From the NCBI GenBank assembly GCA_963727625.1, contig CAVSHR010000005.1, forward strand, positions 1,051,951 through 1,115,950: a DNA stretch of 64,000 nucleotides, in the 5' to 3' direction. Positions within the stretch are counted from its first letter, which is position 1, and each line of letters starts with the position of its first letter. Positions 10,379 through 20,989 of this stretch are shown here, in pieces. This stretch comes from an uncultured delta proteobacterium. GTDB taxonomy: Bacteria > Desulfobacterota > Binatia > UBA9968. The position numbers and the translations under genes are program-made. A model generated the notes under the pieces. It worked only from the letters and a program-made list of their open reading frames with translations, searched no databases and was not told the DNA's origin.

Positions 10379-11577
10379 GAGAAGCCGTCATTGTTGAAGC
10401 CGTGCGTTCGCCCATGGGACGCCACAGCGGCATACTCAAAGAACTGCGCACCGACGATCTGGCGGCGCACATCATCGCCAAGCTGGTCGAAAAAGCCGGC
10501 ATCAACAAAGAAGAGATTGAAGATGTTTATTTCGGCTGCACCAACCAAGCCGGCGAAGACTCGCGCAACGTCGCGCGCAACGCCTCGCTGCTCGCCGGCT
10601 TGCCTTACACCATTCCCGGTGCCACCGTCAATCGTTTGTGCGGCTCGGGACTGGAAGCGATCAATCAAGCCGGCCGAGCCATCGAAACCGATCACGGCGA
10701 TCTGTTTATCGCCGGCGGCGTCGAGAGCATGACGCGCGGTCCTTGGGTCCTGGGCAAGCCGGCCAACCCCTTTCAGCGCGGCGACGTGCAGATGTACGAC
10801 AGCTCGCTCGGCTGGCGTTTCCCCAACAAACGCATGGCCGAGCTCTACTCCTTGATCAACAACGGCGAGACCGCGGAAAATGTCGCGGAGAAATATCACA
10901 TCAGCCGGGAGGATCAGGACAAGTTCTCCCTCGCCAGCCATCAGAAAGCCCTCCAGGCGCAAAACAGCGGCCGGCTCAAAGACGAGATCATTCCGGTGGA
11001 GATTCCCCAGCGCAAAGGTGCGCCGCTGGTTCGTGACAAAGACGAAGGTCCGCGTCCGGACACCTCTTTGGAAATTCTCGCCGGCCTAAAGCCGGTGTTC
11101 AAAAAAGGCGGCACGGTGACCGCGGGTAACTCGTCGCCCCTGTCGGACGGCGCCGGAGCACTGCTGATTACCACGCCGCAAAAAGCGGAGCAATTAAAAC
11201 TAAAACCGCTGGCGCGCATCGTCGCTTCGGCGGCGGCCGGAGTCCATCCCAACTACATGGGCATCGGCCCGATCCCGGCCTCACAGAAGGCGCTCAAGCG
11301 CGCCGGTTTGACGATTGAGCAGGTCGATTTGGTCGAGATCAACGAAGCCTTCGCGTCGCAAGTGCTCGCCTGCGCGCGCGAGCTCGGCATCGATTTGGAT
11401 AAATTGAACGTCAACGGCGGCGCCATCGCCCTTGGCCATCCGCTCGGCTGCAGCGGCGCACGCATTATGACGACGTTGATCCATGAGATGAAAAAACGCG
11501 GCTGCCGCTATGGTTTGGCCACCATGTGCATCGGTGTCGGCCAAGGCATCGCGACGGTCGTGGAAAGAATCCAGTAG
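10375..11577 (+). CDS. paaJ: Thiolase (3-oxoadipyl-CoA thiolase, PaaJ/PcaF-like)
   Basis: NRLCGSG, NEAFA, GHPLGCSG, CIGVGQG and NQAGEDSRNVAR. Confidence 0.85.
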   Translation: MREAVIVEAVRSPMGRHSGILKELRTDDLAAHIIAKLVEKAGINKEEIEDVYFGCTNQAGEDSRNVARNASLLAGLPYTIPGATVNRLCGSGLEAINQAGRAIETDHGDLFIAGGVESMTRGPWVLGKPANPFQRGDVQMYDSSLGWRFPNKRMAELYSLINNGETAENVAEKYHISREDQDKFSLASHQKALQAQNSGRLKDEIIPVEIPQRKGAPLVRDKDEGPRPDTSLEILAGLKPVFKKGGTVTAGNSSPLSDGAGALLITTPQKAEQLKLKPLARIVASAAAGVHPNYMGIGPIPASQKALKRAGLTIEQVDLVEINEAFASQVLACARELGIDLDKLNVNGGAIALGHPLGCSGARIMTTLIHEMKKRGCRYGLATMCIGVGQGIATVVERIQ

Positions 11578-11731
11578 GCGGATCGGCCCGACAGCAAATG
11601 CAAGTTGGAAGGTGACCTGTTCCACAGTTTCTAGACGCCCTTGTAATTGTTTTAATCTCAGCCGGGATTCGACCGCCGAACCTGATCGTTCGACTCCATC
11701 GCTTCGCCTCTGACCTGCCGTCGCTGGCGCG

Positions 11732-14398
11732 ATGAAAAGTCTGCGAAGACTTCTATTGTTGATTCTAGTGAGCTTGGCGGTCGCGGTCGCTGGCTTGGTC
11801 GAGTCCTTCAATATTCTCGCGGCGCGGCACCGCGAGCAGGTGCGCCAGGAGCTGCAAAAAGTCCTTGGCCAAGACGTGAGCTTCGCGAGTCTGGAAGTCA
11901 ATCTGGTTGGCCGCCCCGGCTTCGTGGCCAGGGAGTTTCGCATTGCCGACGACTCGCGCTTCGCGGCCACCCCATTGCTGCGGGCGAGCGAGCTCGTTCT
12001 CGGCGTCAGCGTCTGGGAGCTGTTTTTCCGCCGCTTGGTCATCACGTCGTTCACTTTTAACGATCCCGAGTTTCAGATCATCACCGACGAGTCCGGGCAG
12101 CTGAATCTTACAGCGTTGATCAACCGCAAAACCGAGTTGCGGCGATTCCCCAGGTTACGGCGGGCGGCACCGGAGCTCAAGCCGCTTGCGGTGAGCTTCG
12201 CTGTCGACGAGATTCGCATCCAACGCGGCCGGGTCGACTATCTCGATCGCTCGGTCAAGGAGCCCGCCGAGCTGCGCATCAGGAACATTTCGTTAAGCGT
12301 GCACGGTTTCGCGCCCGGGGAAACCACCAAGGTTCGTATCCGCGCGGCGCTGACCGAGGGACTTAGCCAAGACGCAAGCATCGACGGGCAGCTCGCCCCG
12401 CCGCCCCAGAATCGTCCCTGGTTGCAGCGCGGCGTCGATTTGACCCTGCGATTTGATTCGCTCCGCGTCCCGGTCGTCGCCCGCGCCATCGGCGCATTGC
12501 GGGACAAGATCCCGAGCGAACTCGACGTCACCGGGCCCATCGCGTTGCAAGCGAAGGCCGGCGGCACGCTGGAGCGGCCGCGCTTCGACGGCATCACGCT
12601 CAAAATCCCGCTGTTCGGCTCATCGGACTACAACGCGGTCATGACTGGCAGCGTGCAGTTCACCGAGCAGCGCACCTGGGAAAGCGCGCAGCTTAAAGGC
12701 CGGCTGGTCGTCCGACCGCTGGCGCTGGCGCGGCTGCGCAACTTGAAATTATTGACGCGTCATTTGCCGCCCGCCCTGATCACCCGCGGCACGGTGAATA
12801 TCGACAGCCGCTTTGAGGGAACCTGGAGGACTCTGCGCATCGGCGCGCTCGTGCGCGCCGACAAAGCTGAGCTCGGCTACAACACATGGTTTCGCAAACC
12901 GGCGGACTCCCCCGCAACGATTCGCGCCAGAATATCCCGGGTAAAACAACGGCTGGAGTTTCATGAGTCGGAACTTGACCTTGGCGCAAACAAGCTGGGC
13001 TTTAGCGGCGCCGTCTATTTCAATTCCGCGCCGCGGCTGCTTTTGACGCTGCGCAGTCAAAACGCTTCTGTGCCGGCGTGGAACGAATTTATCACGACAC
13101 CCCTATTGGCTGGCGCGGCCGGCAATTTCGATCTGAACGTGACCATCGGCAAAAATTTGCTCTCAAACGACGGCAACTGGAACATGGCCGGCCGGCTCAA
13201 GATTGATAACCTCGAGCTCAAGCACAGCGCCGGCGGGCGCAACGTAGAAAACCTGTACTCCGAGGTTGCGTTCACCGGCAAGGGCGCGCGTCTCCACGCC
13301 ATGCGTTTCCGAGTGGGCCATTCCAAATTTTTTATCGACGGGACCATTGCCAATCTCCTCGAACCCCGCTTGCTTTACCGCCTTCGTTCACCTGACCTCG
13401 ATTTTGGAGATCTGCCCATCATCGGCGCCAGCGCGCCGGTCCGGCTCAAGAGCGTCAACGGCGTCGGAGAGATTTATCTTGACAATGACCGGTGGCGGCT
13501 AAACGGTTCGATCGCTTCGCCGCATGGCGAGTTGGGTACTTTTCCGTATCGCGAGCTGCGCGCCGATATTGATTTGTCCGCCAGTGGATTGGGGTTCAAC
13601 AATGTTTCGGCGCGGACGCTGAACGGCGTGTTCCGTGCCGAGGGTTACTGGAGCGCGGCGACCGACCGTGCCCAGCGCTTGCAGTTTGCCGCGCAAGTCG
13701 ACGGCGTCGAGCTATCCGCGCTAATGGGCCAACTTTTACCGCCGCTCAGGGATCGCTTTGAGGGCCAATTGACCGGCAAGGGGAGCTTCCACATAACCGG
13801 CGCGGATGACGCGGAAGCTAAAGATAGCTTGGCAGGATCCTTTGAGACCTCGATTCAGCGCGGCGTCATAAGAGACTTCAACCTGGTAAGCCAGCTCTTG
13901 CTCAGAGGCAGCGGCGCCGCCGTGACCGCCGCTTCGATATCGCGCCTGCCGCCCAGTTTTGCCGCTCTGGTCAAGCGGCGCAATACGCCCTTTGAATCCT
14001 TAAAGGCAAATTTCACGGTCGATCAAAAGCGTATCTTCACCGACAACCTTATCATCACCACGCCGGATTACACCGTCACCGGCGCCGGCTCGATGGCTTT
14101 TGATCGCTCGACCAATTGGAACGGCGCCATTGTGCTCTCGCCGGGACTGACCCAGGAAGTTCAGCGCGACTACCGTATGATCCGTTATCTGCTCGACCGG
14201 CGCAGCCGGCTGTCGATCGCCTTCCGCGTCGCGGGCAAGATTCCCAATGTGACGATTCGACTGGAGAATCGCGCCCTCGCCCAGCTCTTGCGCGGAGGCG
14301 CAGCGCCAAGAGGAGGCTCGGAAGGCGCTGGCGCCGAATCCGCCAAGGAAGGCAAGCGCTGGCTGCCCAATGCCCTCAAACGCTTCCTCAATCGTTAA
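11732..14398 (+). CDS. AsmA family protein
   Basis: 888 aa with an N-terminal anchor, repeated amphipathic beta strands and an AsmA_2-like C-terminus (FESLKANFTV...GAGSM). Confidence 0.75.
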   Translation: MKSLRRLLLLILVSLAVAVAGLVESFNILAARHREQVRQELQKVLGQDVSFASLEVNLVGRPGFVAREFRIADDSRFAATPLLRASELVLGVSVWELFFRRLVITSFTFNDPEFQIITDESGQLNLTALINRKTELRRFPRLRRAAPELKPLAVSFAVDEIRIQRGRVDYLDRSVKEPAELRIRNISLSVHGFAPGETTKVRIRAALTEGLSQDASIDGQLAPPPQNRPWLQRGVDLTLRFDSLRVPVVARAIGALRDKIPSELDVTGPIALQAKAGGTLERPRFDGITLKIPLFGSSDYNAVMTGSVQFTEQRTWESAQLKGRLVVRPLALARLRNLKLLTRHLPPALITRGTVNIDSRFEGTWRTLRIGALVRADKAELGYNTWFRKPADSPATIRARISRVKQRLEFHESELDLGANKLGFSGAVYFNSAPRLLLTLRSQNASVPAWNEFITTPLLAGAAGNFDLNVTIGKNLLSNDGNWNMAGRLKIDNLELKHSAGGRNVENLYSEVAFTGKGARLHAMRFRVGHSKFFIDGTIANLLEPRLLYRLRSPDLDFGDLPIIGASAPVRLKSVNGVGEIYLDNDRWRLNGSIASPHGELGTFPYRELRADIDLSASGLGFNNVSARTLNGVFRAEGYWSAATDRAQRLQFAAQVDGVELSALMGQLLPPLRDRFEGQLTGKGSFHITGADDAEAKDSLAGSFETSIQRGVIRDFNLVSQLLLRGSGAAVTAASISRLPPSFAALVKRRNTPFESLKANFTVDQKRIFTDNLIITTPDYTVTGAGSMAFDRSTNWNGAIVLSPGLTQEVQRDYRMIRYLLDRRSRLSIAFRVAGKIPNVTIRLENRALAQLLRGGAAPRGGSEGAGAESAKEGKRWLPNALKRFLNR

Positions 14399-14414
14399 AG
14401 GAGGCCCATGACCA

Positions 14415-14690
14415 TTGCATGACATTTATTTGGAGCTGTCACCGGCCCATATCGCCTACGTGAAATTCATCTTCGAATCCTACGAGGAGGTCGGCATTAT
14501 TCGCACTGTGGATCGCGAAAGAGCCGTCGTTGTGCTGCTGGCGATGACCGACTTCTTGACCGTCGCGCGCGCCATTTTGGCATCGATCAAGAACGATGTG
14601 CCGCTACGGGAGATTCCACGTCCCGCCGATAGGACGGACGACTGGCTCATGGCCGAGCTCTACTCCGCGACAACTGCGGAGCGGCAGTAG
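14415..14690 (+). CDS. DUF4911 family protein
   Basis: Motif IAYVKFIFESYEEVGIIRTVD; GGAGG upstream. Confidence 0.7.
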   Translation: MHDIYLELSPAHIAYVKFIFESYEEVGIIRTVDRERAVVVLLAMTDFLTVARAILASIKNDVPLREIPRPADRTDDWLMAELYSATTAERQ

Positions 14691-14796
14691 TGGGCCGTGC
14701 CGTCCCGAAAAAAAGGCAATGATCCGTTCGAGCACAGGCCGGGCTGAGCGCGGCCCATGGCAAAGCCGGATGTTCGGATAGCAGCGCGACAAGACG

Positions 14797-16974
14797 ATGA
14801 CACCGCAACCTATCGGGGATACGATTTCGACGGCGACCGCCCCCAAAAAAATTCTAGCGCTCTTTGCAAAGAATCCCCGCTCACGGCTGACGCCGGCCGA
14901 GATCCATCGGCGCGCCGGCTTCGCCGGCCCTGAGCTCCAGCTGGTGATCGATACCCTGCGCGGCCTATGCCGCGAAGGCCGTCTGACCCGCTTAAAGAAA
15001 AACCACTACGCCCTGCCCGACCGGCAAAATCTTGTGACCGGGCGAGTCCACGCTCATCCCGACGGCTACGGCTTTTTGATCCCCGAAAACCGCGACGCCG
15101 AAGATTTGTATCTAAACCGCCGCGAGATGCGCCGAGTCATGCACGGAGACAAAGTGATGGTGCGCGTCGATCGCAAGGCGCGCGGCGGCGCCGAAACCCA
15201 TATCATGCAAGTTTTGGAACGCGGCCAGAAGCGTCTGCTCGGGACCTATAACAGGATCGACCGCCAGGCTTATTTGATTCCGATGGATGCGCGAGTTGGC
15301 GCCATTCGCCTCGATCCGGCCGGACCGAAACCCGAAGAAGGCAAAGTCATCGCCGCCGAAATCACCCGTTTCGGCACTGCGATGACAGCGCCGCAAGCCG
15401 AGATCGTTAAAGTCATGGGTGATCCGGACGATCCCGAAGTGCAGACCCAATCCATCGTCTTTCGCTACGGCCTGTCGACCAGCTTTCCTCCCGAGGTTTA
15501 CCGCGCGGCCAGTGAAATGGCTTACGCCATCGCGCCGGCGGAGATTGCCGCCCGCACCGACCTACGCGATTTGCCGATCATCACCATCGACGGTGAAAAC
15601 GCGCGCGATTTCGACGATGCCGTTTACGTGCGCCGATGGAATCAAGGCTACGAGCTCTTGGTCTCCATCGCCGACGTTGCCGCCTACGTCGCGCCCGGCA
15701 GCGCCATCGACCAGGAAGCCTACGTCCGCGGCACCAGCGTGTATTTTCCCGACCGCGCCATACCGATGCTTCCCGAGGCGCTCTCCAACGGCATCTGCAG
15801 CTTGAATCCGAATGAAGACCGCCTGACTAAAACGGCGGCCGTAGAATTCAATGCCAACGGGGAAGTTGTCCGAAGCCGTTTTTTCAATTCGGTCATCCGC
15901 AGCCATGAACGCATGACCTACACCGATGTGCGGCGCGTTTTAGTCGATCGCGATCCCGACGCGCTCGAGCGCTATCGCGGTCAGGCCGATGAGTTCCGGC
16001 TCATGGAAGAGCTCGCGCGATTGATTTACGGGAAACGCAAAGCCCGCGGCAATCTCGATTTCGATTTACCCGAAGCGGAAATCATACTCGACTTGCAGGG
16101 TGCGCCGGAAAACATCGTGCGCGCCGAGCGCAACATCGCCCATCGGATCATCGAAGAGTTCATGATCGCCGCCAACGAGGCGGTGGCGCGCCATTTGAGA
16201 GAATTGAAATTGCCCCTGCTCTATCGCGTGCACGAAGGTCCCGATCGGGACGCGCTGGAAGCGATCGCGCCATTTCTCCTCTCCCTCGGCTACCCTTTGC
16301 CGCTCAAGAAAGACAAGATCGCGCCGCTGGAAGTTCAAACTCTGCTCGAAGCGGCGCGCGGCAAGCCCGAAGAGCGCGTGCTCAACCGAGTGCTCTTGCG
16401 CTCGATGAAACAGGCGGTCTATCAACCGGAAAACATCGGCCACTTCGGCTTGGCGTCGAGTTGCTACACTCACTTCACCTCGCCGATCCGCCGTTACCCC
16501 GACCTGATCGTGCACCGCATGCTGGACAAGGCGATCGGCGGAGAAAAATTAAAAGCCAGCGAGCGCGAGGATCTCAACGCCTACCTGGTCGAAGCCGGCA
16601 AACGCACTTCCGAACGCGAGCGCAAAGCCATGGACGCCGAACGGGAAATGGTCAATCTTAAAAAAGCTCAGTTCATGATCAACAAAATCGGCGAAGAATT
16701 CACCGGCTTTATCAACAGCCTGGCCAATTTCGGTTTTTTCATCGAATTGGACGATTACTTCATCGAGGGTCTGGTGCGTTTGTCTTCGCTTGCCGACGAC
16801 GACTACGACTATTACGAAAAGGAATACGTCATCAAAGGCCGCCGCCACGGTAAGAAGTTTCGCTTGGGCGATAATGTGCGAGTGAAAGTCGTGCGCATCA
16901 ATGCGTTTCGCAGCGAGATCGATTTTGAGCTCGTCGCCGAGTCCACGCAGGTCCGGCAATCCGATCGAAGTTGA
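14797..16974 (+). CDS. rnr: Ribonuclease R
   Basis: Cold-shock-domain motif HPDGYGF, RNB motif TIDGENARDFDDA, HFTSPIRRYPD and a C-terminal S1 domain. Confidence 0.95.
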   Translation: MTPQPIGDTISTATAPKKILALFAKNPRSRLTPAEIHRRAGFAGPELQLVIDTLRGLCREGRLTRLKKNHYALPDRQNLVTGRVHAHPDGYGFLIPENRDAEDLYLNRREMRRVMHGDKVMVRVDRKARGGAETHIMQVLERGQKRLLGTYNRIDRQAYLIPMDARVGAIRLDPAGPKPEEGKVIAAEITRFGTAMTAPQAEIVKVMGDPDDPEVQTQSIVFRYGLSTSFPPEVYRAASEMAYAIAPAEIAARTDLRDLPIITIDGENARDFDDAVYVRRWNQGYELLVSIADVAAYVAPGSAIDQEAYVRGTSVYFPDRAIPMLPEALSNGICSLNPNEDRLTKTAAVEFNANGEVVRSRFFNSVIRSHERMTYTDVRRVLVDRDPDALERYRGQADEFRLMEELARLIYGKRKARGNLDFDLPEAEIILDLQGAPENIVRAERNIAHRIIEEFMIAANEAVARHLRELKLPLLYRVHEGPDRDALEAIAPFLLSLGYPLPLKKDKIAPLEVQTLLEAARGKPEERVLNRVLLRSMKQAVYQPENIGHFGLASSCYTHFTSPIRRYPDLIVHRMLDKAIGGEKLKASEREDLNAYLVEAGKRTSERERKAMDAEREMVNLKKAQFMINKIGEEFTGFINSLANFGFFIELDDYFIEGLVRLSSLADDDYDYYEKEYVIKGRRHGKKFRLGDNVRVKVVRINAFRSEIDFELVAESTQVRQSDRS

Positions 16975-17093
16975 CAAACCGGTGACATCTCGGCTATCGT
17001 CCGGCCAAAATCAGGTACGCTTGAATAATTCTTGAGTGCGCGATGGCTAAGCGCCTGAAGCGCTTGCGACCACTTCGAACCGGGAGGATTTTT

Positions 17094-17285
17094 ATGGCGA
17101 TTAGAACGTCAATGCGGAAGAGTTTTTCACTCGCCGGCCAACGTGACGAGTATCTCGTCTAAGCGCTGCGCGATTACAAAAACAACACCCGCCGCGGCTA
17201 CAACGCCGCGATGGCCGACGTGTTTTTCTCAGTCACCGACGAGCAGATCCTGGATCTCGCTTATTTTCTGTCGCGACTTCGCTGA
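17094..17285 (+). pseudogene. C-terminal remnant of a cytochrome c4/c553-type gene with an in-frame stop
   Basis: Translates MAIRTSMRKSFSLAGQRDEYLV*ALRDYKNNTRRGYNAAMADVFFSVTDEQILDLAYFLSRLR, matching the class I cytochrome c pattern LAGQ..YL..AL.DYK...R...M. TAA at 17160-17162; no CxxCH. Confidence 0.7.
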
Positions 17286-17363
17286 CGGTGCCGCAACGCC
17301 GCGGCTGAAGGGAAACGCAGATCAGACAACCGAATCACCGATATCAAAAGTAAAGACCTGACC

Positions 17364-17420
17364 AGGGGCCGGACCGCTTCGGACTATCTCAGAAGGCTAG
17401 AACTGATCAACTCCAGACCC
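17364..17420. mobile_element. Solo or internally deleted end of the RAYT-like element
   Basis: ggactatctcagaaggctagaact (17381-17404) is identical to 21945-21968, then tcaactccagaccc as at the element end; no transposase. Confidence 0.75.
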
Positions 17421-17714
17421 TAATTCTTGATTCTGCTTGACGAATCCTTGTCAAGAGATGAAACCAGGGTCATGCCGGGACATTTAGGGCAGGCTTCTCT
17501 TCCGCCAAAGTCAACGACGAGCACGAGAAGACCAAAAAGTGTTGACCATCCTTTGCGTCGAGTGTAATTTACACCCGGAAAAAATGGTCTTCGCCGCTCC
17601 GTGGCCCTTAGTCAGCTTGGTAACAGCAGGCGATAGCACCTTCACGATCGGATGATTCTTTCACGGCTATGGGGGTCAATAGCCATGAACGCGTCAGAGA
17701 AATGGTGGTGACCA

Positions 17715-19124
17715 ATGATTTTTAAAAAATTACACCGCTTCACAAGCCCGACGCGATCGATGCTTCGGGTATTTGCACTAGGCATCGCTATTGGCGCAAT
17801 CCCCTTTTTTGTTAAACCAAGTACGTCAAGCCCGCCGATACTTCCCGACAACACACCTTTTTTTAATTCCAGCGGTTTTGCCGTTACGCTCAACACCAAT
17901 GGTCCCATCGATTTATCAAATGATTTTTTTCAAACTCTTGGAACCAATGGCCGGAGCTGCTCCACCTGCCATAGGATCCAGGCGGGATGGACAATCACAC
18001 CGGAAGATGTCCAGGCTCGGTTCGAAGCTACCGGAGGAGCAGATCCTATCTTCCGCTTGAACGACGGCTCGAACTCTCCCAACGCCGATGTGTCTACGAT
18101 CAGCGCGCGCCGGCAGGCTTATAGCATGCTTCTCAGCAAAGGACTGATTCGCGTCGGGATCGGCATTCCTGAGAACGCAGAGTTTGAGCTAGCGGCGGTG
18201 GATGATCCATATCAATTCGCGAGCGCCACCGAGCTGTCGTTGTTCCGGCGTCCCCTGCCCTCTACGAATTTAAGATTTTTGAGTACTGTTATGTGGGATG
18301 GACGCGAGACCTTTACGGACAAGACGATCCACTTTGATCTGCGGAGCCAGGCCGACCATGCCAATCAAGGCCATGCTCAAGATCCGAATCCGCTGACGGA
18401 TGCGCAGCAAGAGAGCATCGTGAACTTTGAGACAGCGCTTTTTACCGCTCAAGCGTATGATAATAATGCCAAATCCTTGATTGCTGTCGGAGCTCAAGGT
18501 GGACCCAGGCAATTGTCTTCCCAGGATTTCTATATCGGCATCAATGATCTTTTTGGCGATAGCGTGACGCAAGAGCCTTTTTCTCCGATCGTTTTTACTC
18601 TTTACGACGCCTGGAAGGACTTGGCAGGCGGCATCAGTAATGCGAGGGCGGCGGTTGCTCGCGGTCAGGAATTATTTAATACCAAATTGATCAAAATCAC
18701 CGATGTGTCAGGCATTAATGACGAGGCGGCATTCGGCAATCCTGCCGTGGTCAACGGAACTTGCACGACGTGTCACAACAGTCCTAATGCAGGAGATCAT
18801 TCTGTTGCCGCGCCGCTCAACATCGGCATCGCGGATGCCGGTCGGCGGACACCTGATATGCCTCTTTATACTTTACGAAACAAGGCTACCGGGGAGACGA
18901 TCCAGACGACGGACCCCGGACGAGCGTTAATCACCGGAAAATGGAAAGACATCGGCCGCTTTAAAGGTCCTATTCTCCGAGGACTCGCCGCGCGAGCTCC
19001 CTATTTTCATGACGGATCGGCAAAGGACCTTGAGAAGGTTATCGATTTTTACGATCAACGTTTCGGTATAGGCTTTACCGAGCAAGAAAAGAGTGACTTG
19101 ATAGCCTTCTTGCGAACGTTGTAA
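17715..19124 (+). CDS. Di-heme cytochrome c (bacterial cytochrome c peroxidase/MauG superfamily), exported
   Basis: Two CxxCH (CSTCH, CTTCH), MWDGR, DPGRA, FKGPILRGLAARAPYFHDGSA and an N-terminal hydrophobic segment. Confidence 0.85.
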   Translation: MIFKKLHRFTSPTRSMLRVFALGIAIGAIPFFVKPSTSSPPILPDNTPFFNSSGFAVTLNTNGPIDLSNDFFQTLGTNGRSCSTCHRIQAGWTITPEDVQARFEATGGADPIFRLNDGSNSPNADVSTISARRQAYSMLLSKGLIRVGIGIPENAEFELAAVDDPYQFASATELSLFRRPLPSTNLRFLSTVMWDGRETFTDKTIHFDLRSQADHANQGHAQDPNPLTDAQQESIVNFETALFTAQAYDNNAKSLIAVGAQGGPRQLSSQDFYIGINDLFGDSVTQEPFSPIVFTLYDAWKDLAGGISNARAAVARGQELFNTKLIKITDVSGINDEAAFGNPAVVNGTCTTCHNSPNAGDHSVAAPLNIGIADAGRRTPDMPLYTLRNKATGETIQTTDPGRALITGKWKDIGRFKGPILRGLAARAPYFHDGSAKDLEKVIDFYDQRFGIGFTEQEKSDLIAFLRTL

Positions 19125-19164
19125 GCGGATCGAGGGGTGGCTAAGGGGTCAAGTATGGAGTTAG

Positions 19165-20986
19165 GATTCTGCTGAAAAACCCTCTTGTAAATTGTTTTTG
19201 ACTAGCGAAGAAACGAATCATCGTTGAAAAAGTGAGTGGCAGTCTTTAATTTGCATACATGAGCGTACAACGCATGGATTCACAGCGGAGTTTTTATCAC
19301 ACGAGTTTTGTTTGCGGCGAGCTGTTCGGTGCGGCCGACCGATACCGGCTGTTTCGGGAAAAGATATTTCCTCAGCTCTTAGCGCTTCGAGTGGCAGTTA
19401 GAAACGCTTTACTGCGAGAACAATGGTCGGCCGGCGATCGATCCGGTGCTTTTGTGCGGGGTGACGTTACTGCAATTCATGGAGAAAGTGGCGGATCGAA
19501 AAGCAGCCGAGCAAGTGGTCTATCATCTGGGCTGGAAGTACGCCTTGGACTTGGAGCTACCCTACGAAGGCTTTCATCCGACAGTGCTGGTTTATTTTAG
19601 GGATAGGTTGGAGGAGAAAAAGGCTGCCCGGGTGGTGTTCGACGGGATTGTAGATTTATTGATCGAACTGGGACTGATCAAGCGGGCGGGCAAGCAGCGC
19701 ATCGATAGCACCCATATCTTAGGCTACGTCAAAGAGATGAGCCGATTGGAATGCGCGGCAGAGACGATACGCTTGGCGTTGGAGGAGTTGGCCGGAGTGG
19801 TTGCCAGCAAGCGGCCAGTGTTCTGGGAGAGGCTATGGTCGCTGTACGTTCAGAGCGAAGTGGGATGGCGGTTGAGCAAAGCCGAGCGCCAAAGCCGTTA
19901 CCGCCAATGCGGCCAAGACATCATGGAGCTATTGGAGTGGATCGACAACCAGGATGGCAAGCTTGGTGAGATTGAATCGGTGAAACTATTGCGCCGGGTG
20001 TTTGAGGAACAGTTCGAGGTCATCGAGGGCGCCATCCAAACGCGCCGCACCCGGCCGTCACGATCGGTGCAGAATCCCCATGATCCTGGTGCCCATTACG
20101 CCGACAAGGGGACCAAGCAGTGGACTGGCTACAAAGTCCACGTGGTGGAGAGCGTCGATCCAGAACAGCCAGCCAAAGTCAAAGCCGAGCCCGGCGAGCA
20201 TTTTATTACCGAGATTTTAACCACCGAGGCGGCCGAGAACGAAAAGACCGGTTTGGCCGAAGCGCTCAAACGGCAACAACACCACCACGAGATCAAACCC
20301 CAGGCGATCTACGCCGACGCAGGTTATGTGACCGAGAGCACTTTGTCGCAAGCCGAAGGCAACGCGATGGAACTTCTCGGGCCGACCCGTCCCGATCCCC
20401 ACAAAGGACCGTATAATGCCGACGGGTTTGTTGTCGATGTGGAGAACCAGCGGGCGGTGTGTCCCCAGGGAAAGACCAGCACTCAATGCAGCCACATCAA
20501 GGATAGCTACATGGGCAGCGAGTACTACCGTCTGGAGTGGGGTAGCCAATGCGACGGCTGTCTTGTGCAAAAACAATGCACTCGCGCCAAGAGCGGACGC
20601 AGAATCCTGGTAGTTGGCTTACGCCACGATCTGGTCGAGAGGCGGCGCAAGGAAATGAAACAGGCGGAGTACTCCGTAACCATGCATCCCAGAAACGGGA
20701 TCGAGGGAACCCATAGCGAGTTGGTGCGAGGCCATGGGCTGCGACGAACTAAATATCGGGGTTTCAACCGAGTCACCCTGTCGCATTACTTCATGGGTGC
20801 GGCCTGCAACGTGAAACGATATTTAAGACGGCTGGCATTCCAGATCGAATTGGCCACTCTCACCCCGGCGTAAGAGCAAAGAATGAGGGTTTTTCACACC
20901 TACGGCACGCAGCGATCAAAATTATCACTGGCACAACTACAGCCACCGATCAATCACTTTTTACAATGGGGTTTTTCAGCAGAATC
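19165..20986 (+). mobile_element. IS1182-family insertion sequence, 1822 bp
   Basis: Perfect 18-bp TIRs gattctgctgaaaaaccc (19165-19182) / gggtttttcagcagaatc (20969-20986), extendable to 27 bp with 2 mismatches. 7-bp direct repeat GAGTTAG at 19158-19164 and 20987-20993. Confidence 0.93.
19259..20873 (+). pseudogene. IS1182-family DDE transposase with a +1 frameshift near 19391-19395
   Basis: ORF 19259 (MSVQRMDSQ...LLALR) continues in the +1 frame as QLETLYCENNGRPAIDPVLL into ORF 19446..20873, which has IDSTH, GYKVHV, ADAGY and RNGIEGT motifs. Confidence 0.8.
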
Positions 20987-20989
20987 GAG

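Noticed and set aside
17160-17162. Stop-codon recoding (Sec/Pyl) in the cytochrome fragment
   Set aside because: The stop is TAA, which is not recoded, and the fragment lacks the heme-binding half anyway.
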